A DNA stretch of 64,000 nt from Schmidtea polychroa (GCA_044892525.1 CM097888.1:17422001-17486000); one strand, 5' to 3'. Shown: positions 1 through 11,484, counted from the stretch's first letter. Notes: a model not told the origin generated them from the sequence alone. Program-made: numbers and translations.

Positions 1-337
1 TTTTACTTAAAACATGATTATTTTAGGATTAAAATTAAAAAAACTATAAATTTCCTAAATAAGTGACAAATAGAATTTCAATAGTAAAATGTTGTATCAT
101 TTCAGAAGTCTACTTGAAATCATTAAAACAATATATTCCGTTTGTTAGAATCGCAAAATTCCATTTACTCGAAAAGGATATTAAAGATAGATATGAATTA
201 TTGAAAAACATTTATTTTGAATGTGAGATATTAATTCAAAGACTTTGTTTATATTATTGTTTATATTATATTATTCAACTTTGTTTATTTAAATTTATTT
301 TACTCCATGCCTGAACAATTATTTTATTGATTATCAT

Positions 338-534
338 NNNNNNNNNNNNNNNNNNNNNNNNNNNNNNNNNNNNNNNNNNNNNNNNNNNNNNNNNNNNNNN
401 NNNNNNNNNNNNNNNNNNNNNNNNNNNNNNNNNNNNNNNNNNNNNNNNNNNNNNNNNNNNNNNNNNNNNNNNNNNNNNNNNNNNNNNNNNNNNNNNNNNN
501 NNNNNNNNNNNNNNNNNNNNNNNNNNNNNNNNNN
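338..534. other. Assembly gap (N run); ORF-track entries crossing it are artefacts
   Basis: Run of n. Confidence 0.99.
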
Positions 535-819
535 TATTTCTTATTGCTAAAGGTTTCACTGCAATCAGATTAACGTTAATCTGATTATTCTGTATATTTA
601 ATTTTAATGTCGTGAAAATAAGTGGCCGTCATGAAAAATAAATTACTCCATTTCTTCTATATCAAAATTATAAATTTTACCATAACATTATTACAACATT
701 ATAATTTATAAAGTATTTTTAAGGTTGAGATTTTTATTTTAATGATTTGTTTTAATATTTTGGCGAGTAAATTTTGGTTTAAATAGTTCAATAAATGGAA
801 AATATTTGTTAATTATGTT

Positions 820-1105
820 CAAAATATTTCCATAATGTATATTAAATAAAATGGAGAGTCATGACTGATTGTATATTAATTTTTGCTTCGTTAAAGTAAA
901 AGTATTCATAACTTGTATGTAATACACTTTTACTGTAATGAACATTTGAATTAATATAAAAAGGCAAATTATTATACACAAAAAAAGTTATTATTCTTCA
1001 TCCAAGTAAATTGGATTTTGAAATTCAACATTAAATTTACTCAGTTTATTATTTGGACGAGTAAGAGGAAAAATATTTGAAGGTAAATTTACATAAAAAT
1101 CTTTT
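820..1105 (-). pseudogene. Maverick minor capsid (penton)-like gene, second tandem copy, N-terminal part
   Basis: DFYVNLPSNIFPLTRPNNKLSKFNVEFQNPIYLDEE resembles the penton N-terminal F-Y-V-x-L-P-S-N motif; continues after a frameshift as FVYNNLPFYINSNVHYSKK, parallel to copy 1. Confidence 0.75.
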
Positions 1106-1930
1106 GAATCATTAACTATCCTAAAATACAATGATAAATGTGTTTTTGTATCTTTACTAAATTTTTTTAATTTTTCACTGTCGTCACGTATATTGATTCC
1201 AATGTTGCTAATAGAAGAAATAGAAATCGGTAAGTACTTTGTATTCTTCATTTCTAATTGTATAACTTCTCTCTGTTGATATTTTTTAATCCAAGTGGAT
1301 TTCAATAACGGAACTCTTAAATCTCCAACAATCAATAGTTCAATAATATTTGAATGAATAAAAATTTGTTGATGATGAAATAATTTCGGAATTTTAGTAC
1401 CGACAATATCTTTCTCAGTAAATGTTTGTTTCTTCTATACCAATGTTTTTGTTAAATTTTGATCAAATGTTATTTTTGAAATGTTATCAGCAAGAGCTAT
1501 TTTAACCAAATCATTATTAATAATTTTTAAATCTTTAAATGGTGACAGATTAATTGCCATTAAATTATTTTCAAATTCAGATAAAGTATTGATGTATAAT
1601 TCATCTTCAAAATAATGTTCAAATTTGTTTTTTCAGCACCGCATAGGTAATATCTTTCAAAAAACACATCAACTTCTGGAGTATATGCTTGATTTATTAC
1701 TTCAAAGATTCGATTTAAATTATTTATTCTCAAATATTTTATTTCTTCAGCACTCTTTACTTTTTTATATTGAACCAACGAATTACTACAATACGGAAAA
1801 ATATTATACACAAAGCTAAACTCCATGAAAGCTATTTCACATTCACTATTCAGATAAATTGGATTTTGAAATTACTAGCTTCATTATTAGGGAAAATAAT
1901 AAATATTAAATAAATCAATTTAATCAATTG
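1106..1930 (-). pseudogene. Maverick minor capsid (penton)-like gene, first copy
   Basis: IFPNNEASNFKI..NPIYLNSECEIAFMEFSFVYN at the N-terminus; FIHSNIIELLIVGDLRVPLLK...YLPISISSISNIGINIRDD...LSLYFR at the C-terminus (typical penton C-terminal pattern); stops and frameshifts present. Confidence 0.8.
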
Positions 1931-1984
1931 ATTTTCAGATATCCAAATTAGAGTTTTATAACCATACATTGAATCCTGATTAAG

Positions 1985-2850
1985 ATGGGGGCTCGATTGA
2001 CTTTTTGTTCGTAGAATTTACTATTGATTGATTGTTTTCATGATCGGCTATCAATACATGACAGGATTCTGCTTTGTATCGATTTTCAAAATTTGTTATA
2101 CTTCATCACTCCAACTGTTCTTACGTAATCACTGACCTTATATTTAGGTCTATCGATGTTTCTATCTTTCTTAATGGTTTGTTGGTGAAATCTAAAGGTC
2201 TAGGTTTTTTTAATCCTCAATAGGGTGAATGATTGTAACTGAAAATAAAATTTGGCAAACATTTATTCAAGTTTTATTACCTTGATGAACAAAATATATT
2301 TTCAATTTTTCTCTTAAAGTTCGATTAAATATTTCTACGCGAGCAGCTTTGAATATAGGAAATATCGAGTAATTATTTTCTCCTAATATAATATCTTCAA
2401 CTTTACTGTTATAAAATTCTTTACCTAAAACTTCAATTACCCAAATCGGTTTTTAAATTACGATGTCCACCATCAGCAAACAATTCTTTTATTATATCAG
2501 TCATTTCACTGGCAGCTTTTGTTTTGTAAGAAAAACACGTGCGTATCTATTAAAAACATCAATACATATAAAAATATATTTGTATCCTTTGTTGATTTTT
2601 TTAAAAAGGAATCATTTCCATCTAATCCATTTGCCATAAACCACTGATTCCAAATGTTTTGGATGCTCTTGTTGGGAATCGCTTCAACATTGGTTTATTT
2701 AAACTATGCGCTAATTGATTAGATAACCATTTCTGAGTTTCTTTCTTTGAATTATTCACTCGTTTTGTTAATTTTTCTACACCACCAAAATTATCTGGAT
2801 CTTTTGGATTTGTTCATATTGTTTTGAGCTTTTTCTCCTTTGTTTTGGAA
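1985..2850 (-). pseudogene. Maverick retroviral-like (rve) integrase remnant
   Basis: PKDPDNFGGVEKL, LWQMD*MEMIP..NKGYKYIFICIDVFNRYA, LKTD.G.EFYN, VEIFNRTLREKL, YNHS, PKYKVSDYVR, SKFYEQ; multiple stops and frameshifts. Confidence 0.88.
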
Positions 2851-2958
2851 AATGGTTTTTTTATTATTACAACACGTTGGGAAAATATTTTAATCTACAA
2901 TATGTTTATTGGGTATTGAAATCTTGGCACGCACTAAGAACTTAATGATGAAATTGTA

Positions 2959-3230
2959 CTAATTGCTGATAAGACTGTTGGAATTAATGCAGCCAAAAAC
3001 CCTCCTTTTTTCATATATTATCTTTTTCATCAGACGTCGATATTTATAATTGACTAACGATAAAAGTGATATTTTATGTCTTTGAAATACTAATCTTTTC
3101 GTTTTAGTAATAATTTCATTACAACGAACAATATTTACAATAACTTCAAGTAAATCATCAATAAAAAATGACGGAAAAGCTTGTGAAATTGACATTCATT
3201 TTGTGTTAAAATATAGTTCAAATTATTACT
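2959..3230 (-). pseudogene. Small basic conserved Maverick ORF between ATPase and integrase
   Basis: FIDDLLEVIVNIVRCNEIITKTKRLVFQRHKISLLSLVNYKYRRLMKKIIYEKRRVFG resembles the short basic Polinton core ORF (..I.EC..N.L.GN......K..L.RHK..LR.L..); position fits. Confidence 0.6.
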
Positions 3231-3303
3231 ATCATTAGTTTACTGAAGAGATTGTTTATAATTTAATCCATTTCTTAGCCTTTTTACTATGTTTCTTACT
3301 ACT

Positions 3304-3765
3304 TTAGGTTATCAAGTTACCTTTTTTGGAAACATTTGAAACAATTACTTTTTTAAATGCCAAGATTAGTTTAATTAATTGTTTCCAATTTTGATTATAA
3401 ATCGTAACACCATTTACACTAAGAATATCAGTTCTAATACGAAAATCATCAGAACATTGTTGTGTAAAGTCAAAGAATAAATATCCATGGGGAATTTTTG
3501 TTGCATCTTGAACTGACTTTATTAACAATTATTTATTATTAGAAAAAGCTCGTCGTGCAAGAAAATCAATAATTGTTTGTTCTCGTGGATTTTTGAAAAT
3601 AATCAAATATTGAACATTTAAATTACGTACTTTATAACTTTCACCTTGATGAAAAATGTTTTGTGATATGAAAGTAATTGACTCCACAATGTCTACTGAT
3701 TTTTGTAAATAAATTATTAAAACCCTTTTTTTATTTGCTTCTTGATTAAATTAAATTAAATTCTT
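3304..3765 (-). pseudogene. Maverick A32/FtsK-like DNA-packaging ATPase, C-terminal half
   Basis: LFTKISRHCGV..ISQNIFHQGESYKVRNLNVQYLIIFKNPREQTIIDFLARRAF and DATKIPHGYLFFDFTQQCSDDFRIRTDI match the Polinton ATPase C-terminus; Walker A part absent. Confidence 0.85.
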
Positions 3766-3811
3766 CCATAGATCGGTTGTATCCGAAACTCTGGAATCTT
3801 TGTTGATGAGC

Positions 3812-3860
3812 TTCGTAACAATGGTTTTTAAAATGTCCATTCTTGTGACAGTGCTTGCAA
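3812..3860 (-). other. Isolated CCHC zinc-knuckle coding fragment
   Basis: Minus strand encodes CKHCHKNGHFKNHCY = CX2CX4HX4C. Confidence 0.55.
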
Positions 3861-5139
3861 AAAATTATTTATAAGGTCATTAAAAAATAATGTTAGTAAC
3901 ATGAAATCCTACATTTCATACTCTGATGATTTAAAAATTCATTTTTTCCTGCAAACATTTTTAATTATAGACAAATTGACATTGAAAATTCACAAAAATA
4001 TTTTATCCTAAAATTGTTTTTAGGTTACAATATTAATTAAATATTAAACAAATAAATGACATAAGTCATTACTGCAAAATTTTTCATAATAAATATTTTG
4101 AAGCCAAAGCTTATCTTGTCATTTATTTGTTTAATATTTTATCTTAAAATATTTCTTTAATTATTAATTTATAATTAAATTTGAATTTATTTAATTAATT
4201 ATTTAACTCATTATTAAAATATTTATTTTAAAGTAAATAAATTGAAAATGCCAGCGTTGTTTTTATTTTTTAAGAATTCTAATAATATTTTGTGTAAATA
4301 AATTATACATTGACTTATAAAAACAGAAAATAAAAATATTTTTTGATAGTAATATATCATCGCTTTCGTAGGTTTGTGAGAATACGAATATATTCACGTC
4401 ATTAGTTTTCTTTGAGGTAATTAATCTATCCATTAAAACAAAGTATTAAACTTTGATGTTGAAAACATTTATTCTTTCAAAGTTTATGAAATAGATTTTA
4501 ATAAGCATCTAAGCTGAATCTGGCAATAATTATTATTTATTTTCAGTATTTAATGGAACTCATAAATAGATTTCAAAATGTAACTATAAATTGAGACATT
4601 AAATTTTTCAAATAAAAATGATGTATTGAATTAACATTAAAATTGAAGTGTAAATAACATTAATTATTTTAGAATTTTATTTTAAATGTCAAAAAGAAAT
4701 TTTTTTGAATGTCTTAAAAATTATTCAATTATCATAAAAAAAACTAAATTCCCCCAAGAATATCTGTGATTATAAATTATGTTCTCTTGGAAATTTATGA
4801 AAATTATTCTAGTATTTCGTGCTAAGAAACAAAGAATTTTAAGAACTGTCAAATTGGGACGACATAAAATAAGAAATTCAAACTTCCATAAATTTATTAA
4901 CACGAATTGCATTATATTTAACTGAAAGTTGAACACTGAAAGGAAGTTTATTAACCTAATACAAAATTAATACATACTAGAGTTTCCTAAAACATTTGTC
5001 TTACTATCTTGTTTAAAAGAAATTGTTCTTTTCAGCGATCCATTGTGAAACTTTATTAAAAATTAAAATAAAAGTTTAGTGTAGAGTTTTGTAATTTTTT
5101 AATTTCCAAAAGCTAATTTTAATATAAACTATATTGACG

Positions 5140-5277
5140 CTTAACATGTGGAGTCGGGAACATATACGACTCATCATTTTACGAAACAAAGACATGTAAC
5201 TCATCACCCCTACCTGCCCTAGAGGGGAGAGTATTTTTAAATTTTTAAAAATTTTTTTGAATCTACCCTACTCTACT
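5140..5277 (-). repeat. Putative Maverick terminal inverted repeat end
   Basis: Minus strand starts AGTAGAGTAGGGTAG, then a C/G-rich box (CTCTCCCCTCTAGGGCAGGTAGGGG) and TGATGAGT motifs; lies upstream of the Maverick gene cluster; partner TIR not seen. Confidence 0.45.
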
Positions 5278-5639
5278 GTTTTTTCTCTTTTTTGTCTTTT
5301 TTGGAAGTTTGAGCGGGATTTAAGTGTAACCATGTATAAGCATAATTTAATTCTTTACAAAATGGCGGAATTACAATTTCAATTTGTCGCTTTGTGTGTA
5401 ATATACATGTTTTTACGATAAATTTGTATTTTTCATACAGTTAACGTTGTTTTCTTGGAATTTTTTTCATATATTAAATAGATGAAATTTAATTTTCTAT
5501 AAAATCGATTGATTAAAAATTATATATCTTGTTTTGCTGTGTAATACACTGTTATATGGATTTTAATTCATATATTATAATTTAAAAGTTTTTTTTGTAA
5601 AGAATTTAAAATTAACATAATTTTAAATTGTTTCAATGA

Positions 5640-7325
5640 TACTTATTTATTGGAATATATATTTTGAACTATTTCTTATATCGCCATTCGTACATCTTTT
5701 TCACTATATATTTCGATAACATCACTATCATCATCGGGTTACCTACATTCACGACGGATGAATAACTATACTATATTGATAATATATAAACAAATTATAA
5801 AATCTATAAATTTTAAATTTTAAATAGAAATTTTAAACAATTATTTTTTAAAAATAATTTTCAATAATCATTTATATTTAAACTTTTAAAATTATTCAAA
5901 AAATATTATTTTAATTATTTTTTTAATTATTTAACATAACAATTATTCAATATACATCAACATACAAAAATTTAATTTAAAACATTCAACACACACGTAT
6001 TCACTGCATTCTGCACATTGATTTTAGGATTAAAAGTTCTTATCAATAATGCTTCACATATCACACGCTCAAAACAATTATCAAAATTTTTTGATAAGAT
6101 TTTAAAATCAGACATTCCTAATTCTCTCATACAGACTTTATTGTGATCCTTAATATTAGACACTTCCTTCGGTCGACAGTGTTCTTGAACTCGAGTACAG
6201 AGATGACGGGAAGTCTCTCCAATGTATGTTCATCACACCCATTACATGTGAATTGATAAACGAGATCTGAACACAATCCAACCGGCGTTTGAGATTTACT
6301 AACAAACATACTACGTACTTTGCACGATTTTGAAACAATTCTATAATTCAATTAAAACAATTCTATAACCAATCTTTCTTTTGAAATCTTTATATCCTTC
6401 AGAATACGGCAATACCATCGTATATTTTGGCTCATCTTGTTTGTTAGTATCAATACTGAAATTCACTACATCATTCGACATATCAGTCAATTTACATTCA
6501 TTCATACTACGATCCTTAGCATTATTCATACATTTATCAACAGTCTCTTTCAACGTTAACAATAAAAACCGTTTTGAGTAGCCATTCGTCACCAGTAATT
6601 CAACTAATTTATCTACACTTTTTACTGTATTTTTAAAAGTGGAAGATAAGGACCATGATCGATAAACCAATCCTTTCACCATGTTTCTTTTATATTTAAA
6701 TTCACAAAAACTCTCTAGTGTAGTCTAGAGGCCGGTATATGTTGGTTTTCTGTAAATTTCTGTTTCATATTACTCATTTTTACGTTTAATTAACAATTCA
6801 AGAAATACTATGGATGAATCCTTCTCAGTTTCATATGTGAATTTAATGTTCTTATGCAATCCATTCATGTAATGCAAACAAGGTTTCACATATTCCTTAT
6901 TTTTAAATATCAGAAAAATATCATCAACATACCTTTTATACACAATTGGTTTTTCATATTGAAAAGAAGAAATTTTCTTTTCTAAACATTCCAAAAATAT
7001 TGACGCCATTGTTAGTGCTAAGGGCGAACCCATAACCACTCCATCAATTTGTTCATACCATTCATTATTAAAAAGAAAATTAACTTTGGAAGTTGCAAAC
7101 TCTAAAAGCTTCCTAAATGCATTTCCATCTCACATATTATGCGCATTAATATTTTCATTTCATAATTCACAACATAAATCAATTGTTTCTTTCAACGGAC
7201 ATTAGTAAATAAACTACATACATCAAACGAAACCATATACTCATTAACATTATTTTTATTCAATTAATGTATACATGATGCAAATTCAAAACTATCCTTA
7301 CATTCAAACTCAGATTTCTTATATT
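5640..7325 (-). mobile_element. Penelope-like retroelement (RT + GIY-YIG endonuclease), 5'-truncated and frameshifted, with 3' pseudo-LTR
   Basis: KDSFEF..MVSFDVCSLFTNVP, EQIDGVVMGSPLA, YKRYVDDIF, thumb KGLVYRSWSLSS, GIY-YIG VYQFTCNGCDEH(YIGE) and ERVICEALLIRTFNPKINVQ. Confidence 0.92.
5701..5745 (-). ncRNA. Minimal type-I hammerhead ribozyme-like motif (degenerate) in the Penelope 3' region
   Basis: Minus strand: aac-CCGATGA-T-GATAG-tgatg-TTATC-GAAA-TATAT-A-gt; core with U4>C, stem II pairs, palindromic ATATAT stem III. Confidence 0.55.
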
Positions 7326-7346
7326 ATAATTTTACAGATATATAAC

Positions 7347-8150
7347 ATGGCGTCACAAGCAAAAAGGAATATTTACAAGAATTTCTATTTAATGAAAGGC
7401 TCTCAAAGTTGAAAGTCTTCAAGAGATACAGTAACGTAAAGATTGAAGAGCACATGAAGAAAGTACAAGATTTCGTAAAGCAGTTCGGTAAACATAATTT
7501 AGTAAAAGCAGATGAAGAAAAAGAGGTTTTCCTAAAGTACTTCGAAGAAGATGTAATAAAGGAAGTAGATTGCATGACAGACAAAGATACAGAAAAGTCA
7601 ATAGAGTGGTACACTGATAAGATTACGAAACTACTGAGTGAAAGGAAGTCTAAAACGTCGGTTATTGTCTACATATTAAATGATACAATACAAGAAAGTA
7701 CCGTTGATTTTGCCAAAAGAATACGATTACGATGTATGGCGTACCACGGAGACAAGGGAAGAATGATGACTCAAGCTTTTATCGAAGGGTTACGGCATAA
7801 TTTGCTTTTAACAGCCCTGAGAATTAGACAGCTAAAACATTTGAATGGAGGATCGTAAGTGTTACAAATGTAATGAACTAGGTCACATAGCCCGATTCTG
7901 TAAGAAACAAGAAATGATAAAACCAAAAGAAGAACGAACTTGTTACCAGTGCGGCAAAAAAGGTCACATTTCAGCTAATTGCCGAGTTAATATGAACGGC
8001 GCAAAGAGTGGAATGGAATGTGTCGAGTGTGGTGGAGCGCACCAAGCTAGATTCAGCGATAAAAGGAACAAGTTTAGGTATCTCCAAGAAGAATGCGAGG
8101 AGGATATAAGAACTGAAATTACAGATACAGTAATTACAGATACAGAATTT
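7347..8150 (+). pseudogene. Ty3/Gypsy gag remnant with tandem CCHC knuckles
   Basis: TAACA|TGGCGTCAC (LTR end/PBS-like, forming ATG); frameshifted capsid-like region; [14 protein letters not shown] and [14 protein letters not shown] knuckles. Confidence 0.82.
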
Positions 8151-8272
8151 TTAAATATAAAAATAGTCCTTATAGTTGAAAATTCTTTCATTTTATTGAA
8201 TATATACTTCTCATCAAAAGGCTTAAATTATCATTTAATTGTTTAACCTTTAACTAATGTTTTTACCAAGAA

Positions 8273-8528
8273 NNNNNNNNNNNNNNNNNNNNNNNNNNNN
8301 NNNNNNNNNNNNNNNNNNNNNNNNNNNNNNNNNNNNNNNNNNNNNNNNNNNNNNNNNNNNNNNNNNNNNNNNNNNNNNNNNNNNNNNNNNNNNNNNNNNN
8401 NNNNNNNNNNNNNNNNNNNNNNNNNNNNNNNNNNNNNNNNNNNNNNNNNNNNNNNNNNNNNNNNNNNNNNNNNNNNNNNNNNNNNNNNNNNNNNNNNNNN
8501 NNNNNNNNNNNNNNNNNNNNNNNNNNNN
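8273..8528. other. Assembly gap (N run)
   Basis: Run of n. Confidence 0.99.
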
Positions 8529-8799
8529 TCTCGTACGTCACAACACATAATATGATGTAATATGATATGATTATGTGGTGGTAGGTACTGTAAATTATTG
8601 CATAATACAGTATATTCATAGATATTTGGGTTGGTTTTAAACGGCATCTTGATACTACTTTTAATTAATCCTTGAGCTAAAAAAACAAGACAGCAGCCAG
8701 TCAAACAAAAATTAAAATGACTTCATTTATTTATTTATTAGTTGTCGACCTCTAGTTATTTTTGAGGATACCTAATAATGAATAATGTTATAAATAAAT

Positions 8800-9690
8800 A
8801 AAATAACCTGGAGGAAAACCGATAGGGGAATTGGGACAGTGGAAAAGGAAAGATTGAGAAAGGAGAACGAAGGAGCAAAGGTAAATCAGACAACAAAGCA
8901 AGAGAAAGGTCATTGCTAATTAATTAGTGTAAGAAACAAAAAGGAATTCGAAAATGGGAAAAACAAAAATAAATCGGCATCGTTGAACTTTCAGAGCTAA
9001 CGTGGGAGATAGAAAGAAGTATGGAAAATGAAAAAAATGACAAACTATCCCGAGTACCGAAATATCAGGGGCAACACGGGAATTGCAAAAAGTGTAGAAA
9101 ATGCCAGAAGCAGAAATGAAAAATGGCAATTTATCACTAGTGCCGAACGATCAGTGATAATACAGAAGCTACACAAACCATAGAAAAAAGAAGAATGAAA
9201 AAAATGAATTATCATGAGTGACAGGTAAGTGCAGACTATAAAATCAAAAGTCTTATTGATGGAATCAGAATAATTATTGGTGGACAATATTTAGTAGTGG
9301 AGAATATTTAGTAGCAGAGAAATATAAGTAGTCGAGAAAATTAGTAGTCGAAGAAATAATTCAGAATTAAGCAATAGAGAAAATTTGAGAAATTAGAGGG
9401 AAAAATCAGAAATTGAAAAGAAAGGAAAATATTGCAACCAAGCGTCAGATCAGGGCCGGTGATTCTTAAGTAGAGCTATTCTTCACGTATTGTTGAAATA
9501 AGCTCTGTGTAAATACCTATTTGAGTGTTGAATTGATCTTGTTGTTATAATTCGTGTGATCAATTGGGATAATCAACAAAGGTTTATATTGTTCGAGAAT
9601 TGTTATTTTGTGGATCAGATAAACACACTTTAGAGTCAGAGATTTGATTGCTAACTTTTAAATACAACTTCCAACCCAATATCCCAAAAT
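8800..9690 (+). repeat. Degenerate repeat-family copy, probably the 3' end plus LTR of an LTR retroelement; related to 34240-35150
   Basis: Shares blocks with the reverse complement of 34240-35150: AAGGTCATTGYTAATTAA, GCTATTCYTCACG...GAAATAAGCTCTGTGT, ATAAACACRCTTTRGAGYCAGA. Confidence 0.55.
9286..9353 (+). repeat. Imperfect ~17-bp tandem repeat x4
   Basis: aatatttagtagtggag / aatatttagtagcagag / aaatataagtagtcgag / aaaattagtagtcgaag. Confidence 0.75.
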
Positions 9691-11200
9691 TATTATAAAC
9701 AGTTTACAAAAAAAATGTTAATTAAGGATTTTTAAAGTTAACAATTAATCTATTATTAGAAGGAATTGACAAAGTCTTTATTGATTATGCCAGATAAAGT
9801 TTGAGTCTGACTTCTTTAGGGTCTTCTGCTGCAGATCACACGATTAAAATTTATTGATTGTATTTAATGCTAATTGAGATAAAGAACGTTTTGTTAATAA
9901 ACAAATTGTGTTGGGTATAAATGTTTTTGATAAATGTCATGTGGAGTGAGAAATAATTGTTTCTAGCCGTTTGCCATCAAAATTATTATATATATCACCT
10001 GAAAAAAACTTCAAAAAGGCAGTGCCGAACAATCGTGTATATAAAAAAAACATCGATATCTTTACTGAGTCATAGCCAAGTTTTTTATTAAATACTATGT
10101 CAAATGAAAATAAATCAGCGGTGAAAATTGAAAAAAGTTCTTATAATATATATACATTACAACTTCTGTTAGTGATACTATTAAGCGAAATTCAATTTTA
10201 TTTAAAAAATGAAATTTTTATCTTTCGTAATTTTAATTAAAACCAAATTTTTTAATTTTAATTACCAAGAATTAATTAACTTTGAAAAATAATTTTGATT
10301 AAAATTGAATTGGAAATACAAGAACTTAAGTTTAATTTATATGAACTTGTTTAATTAGAAATGAAATTTTCTATTTAATTAAAAAATAATTTAAAATATA
10401 TTTTTTATATATTTTTACCAGCTGTGTTATGGTACATTTTTAATTTTATTCTCCAAACAAATCATTTTAGTTGTCGTCAACCACATTTAAATGATAAATA
10501 AATTTGTGTATTTTTAACGGAAACTACAAATATCAAATTTCCTTTCTTCATGATTCAAAAATTAATTCTAATAAATATTTAGATATTTTTAAAAATTAAA
10601 TATAAAATAATTCACTTTAATTTAATAACAAAATATAATTTACATATGAAAAACTTAGAAAAAACTTTAGAAACATAAAATTAATCGGTACAATATATTT
10701 ATTGGATTCCACATCTTTGTATAAAGTGTATCTAGTATTTGTAAATTTAGGAATGGCTTATCTTTTTATTAGATTCGACTCTCCTGATTTCGTGTTGTTT
10801 GAATATTCCATTGCGATAGTGCGTATCCATGATCCGAAATTAATTGCTGATTTTAACTAAAGGTTGACTGCACGTTTTGTGATCTGACGACGAGAAGGGA
10901 TACCAGCAGCAGCTTTACGAGATTGATCGCTCGTAATGTCTATTTGCTATATTGGTGAAGCATTTCTTTGAACTCAAATTTGTTCCAATTACAGAGTTTT
11001 GTGAACATTTTTTATTCAGTAAGAAATGTAGATGTTTGAAAGAAAGTGGATATATGAATTTTGAAACAATGTTTTAATAAATTTTAATTTAATTTATTTA
11101 ATGTATTTGAAATTGAATTATTAAATTAATATATTTATTAATTTGAAAGTCAGAGCATTACAAACATGACTAAAATTTTTATTGATATTCTAATTATGTA

Positions 11201-11484
11201 TATATGTTACAGTGAATTTGTATTACCAGTGAGAATATATTTTCAGTGAATGTATATCTAACAATGAAGATACAAATTCACTGGTTACATTTAGTAAGTT
11301 TGTATTCATTGATGTGTCGCCCTTCTTTCATCTAGCTGCGAAGTGTTTTTAAAAGTTTTTTAATTTTTCTAAATATATAATTATATTTAATGTGTAAGTT
11401 CAAAATAAATGTTCGGAATTGAATTTACTGAAACGTTAGTGAAAATATATTCTCACTGGTAATACAAATTCACTGTAACATATA
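11201..11484. mobile_element. MITE with 45-bp perfect TIRs (Tc1/mariner-like CAGTG core)
   Basis: 11201-11245 is the exact reverse complement of 11440-11484; contains TA-CAGTG...CACTG-TA; internal subterminal copy tacaaattcactgg. Confidence 0.85.

Larger units (their letters stand above)
820..5277 (-). mobile_element. Decayed Maverick/Polinton (endogenous polintovirus) segment: terminus, ATPase, small ORF, integrase, penton, penton
   Basis: Five co-oriented minus-strand remnants with Maverick-type motifs in a virus-like head-to-tail arrangement, plus an AGTAG-starting terminus at 5277. Left limit uncertain. Confidence 0.85.

Noticed and set aside
63-584. ORF-track proteins spanning N gaps (also near 8243-8704, 37667-38070, 45685-46050, 53176-53495)
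   Set aside because: Artefacts of translating N runs
4721-4936. Additional Maverick gene between terminus and ATPase
   Set aside because: No motif recognised on either strand
9286-9353. CRISPR-like array (also the 11-mer at 34702-34760)
   Set aside because: Contiguous degenerate tandem units without unique spacers; eukaryotic context; no cas genes
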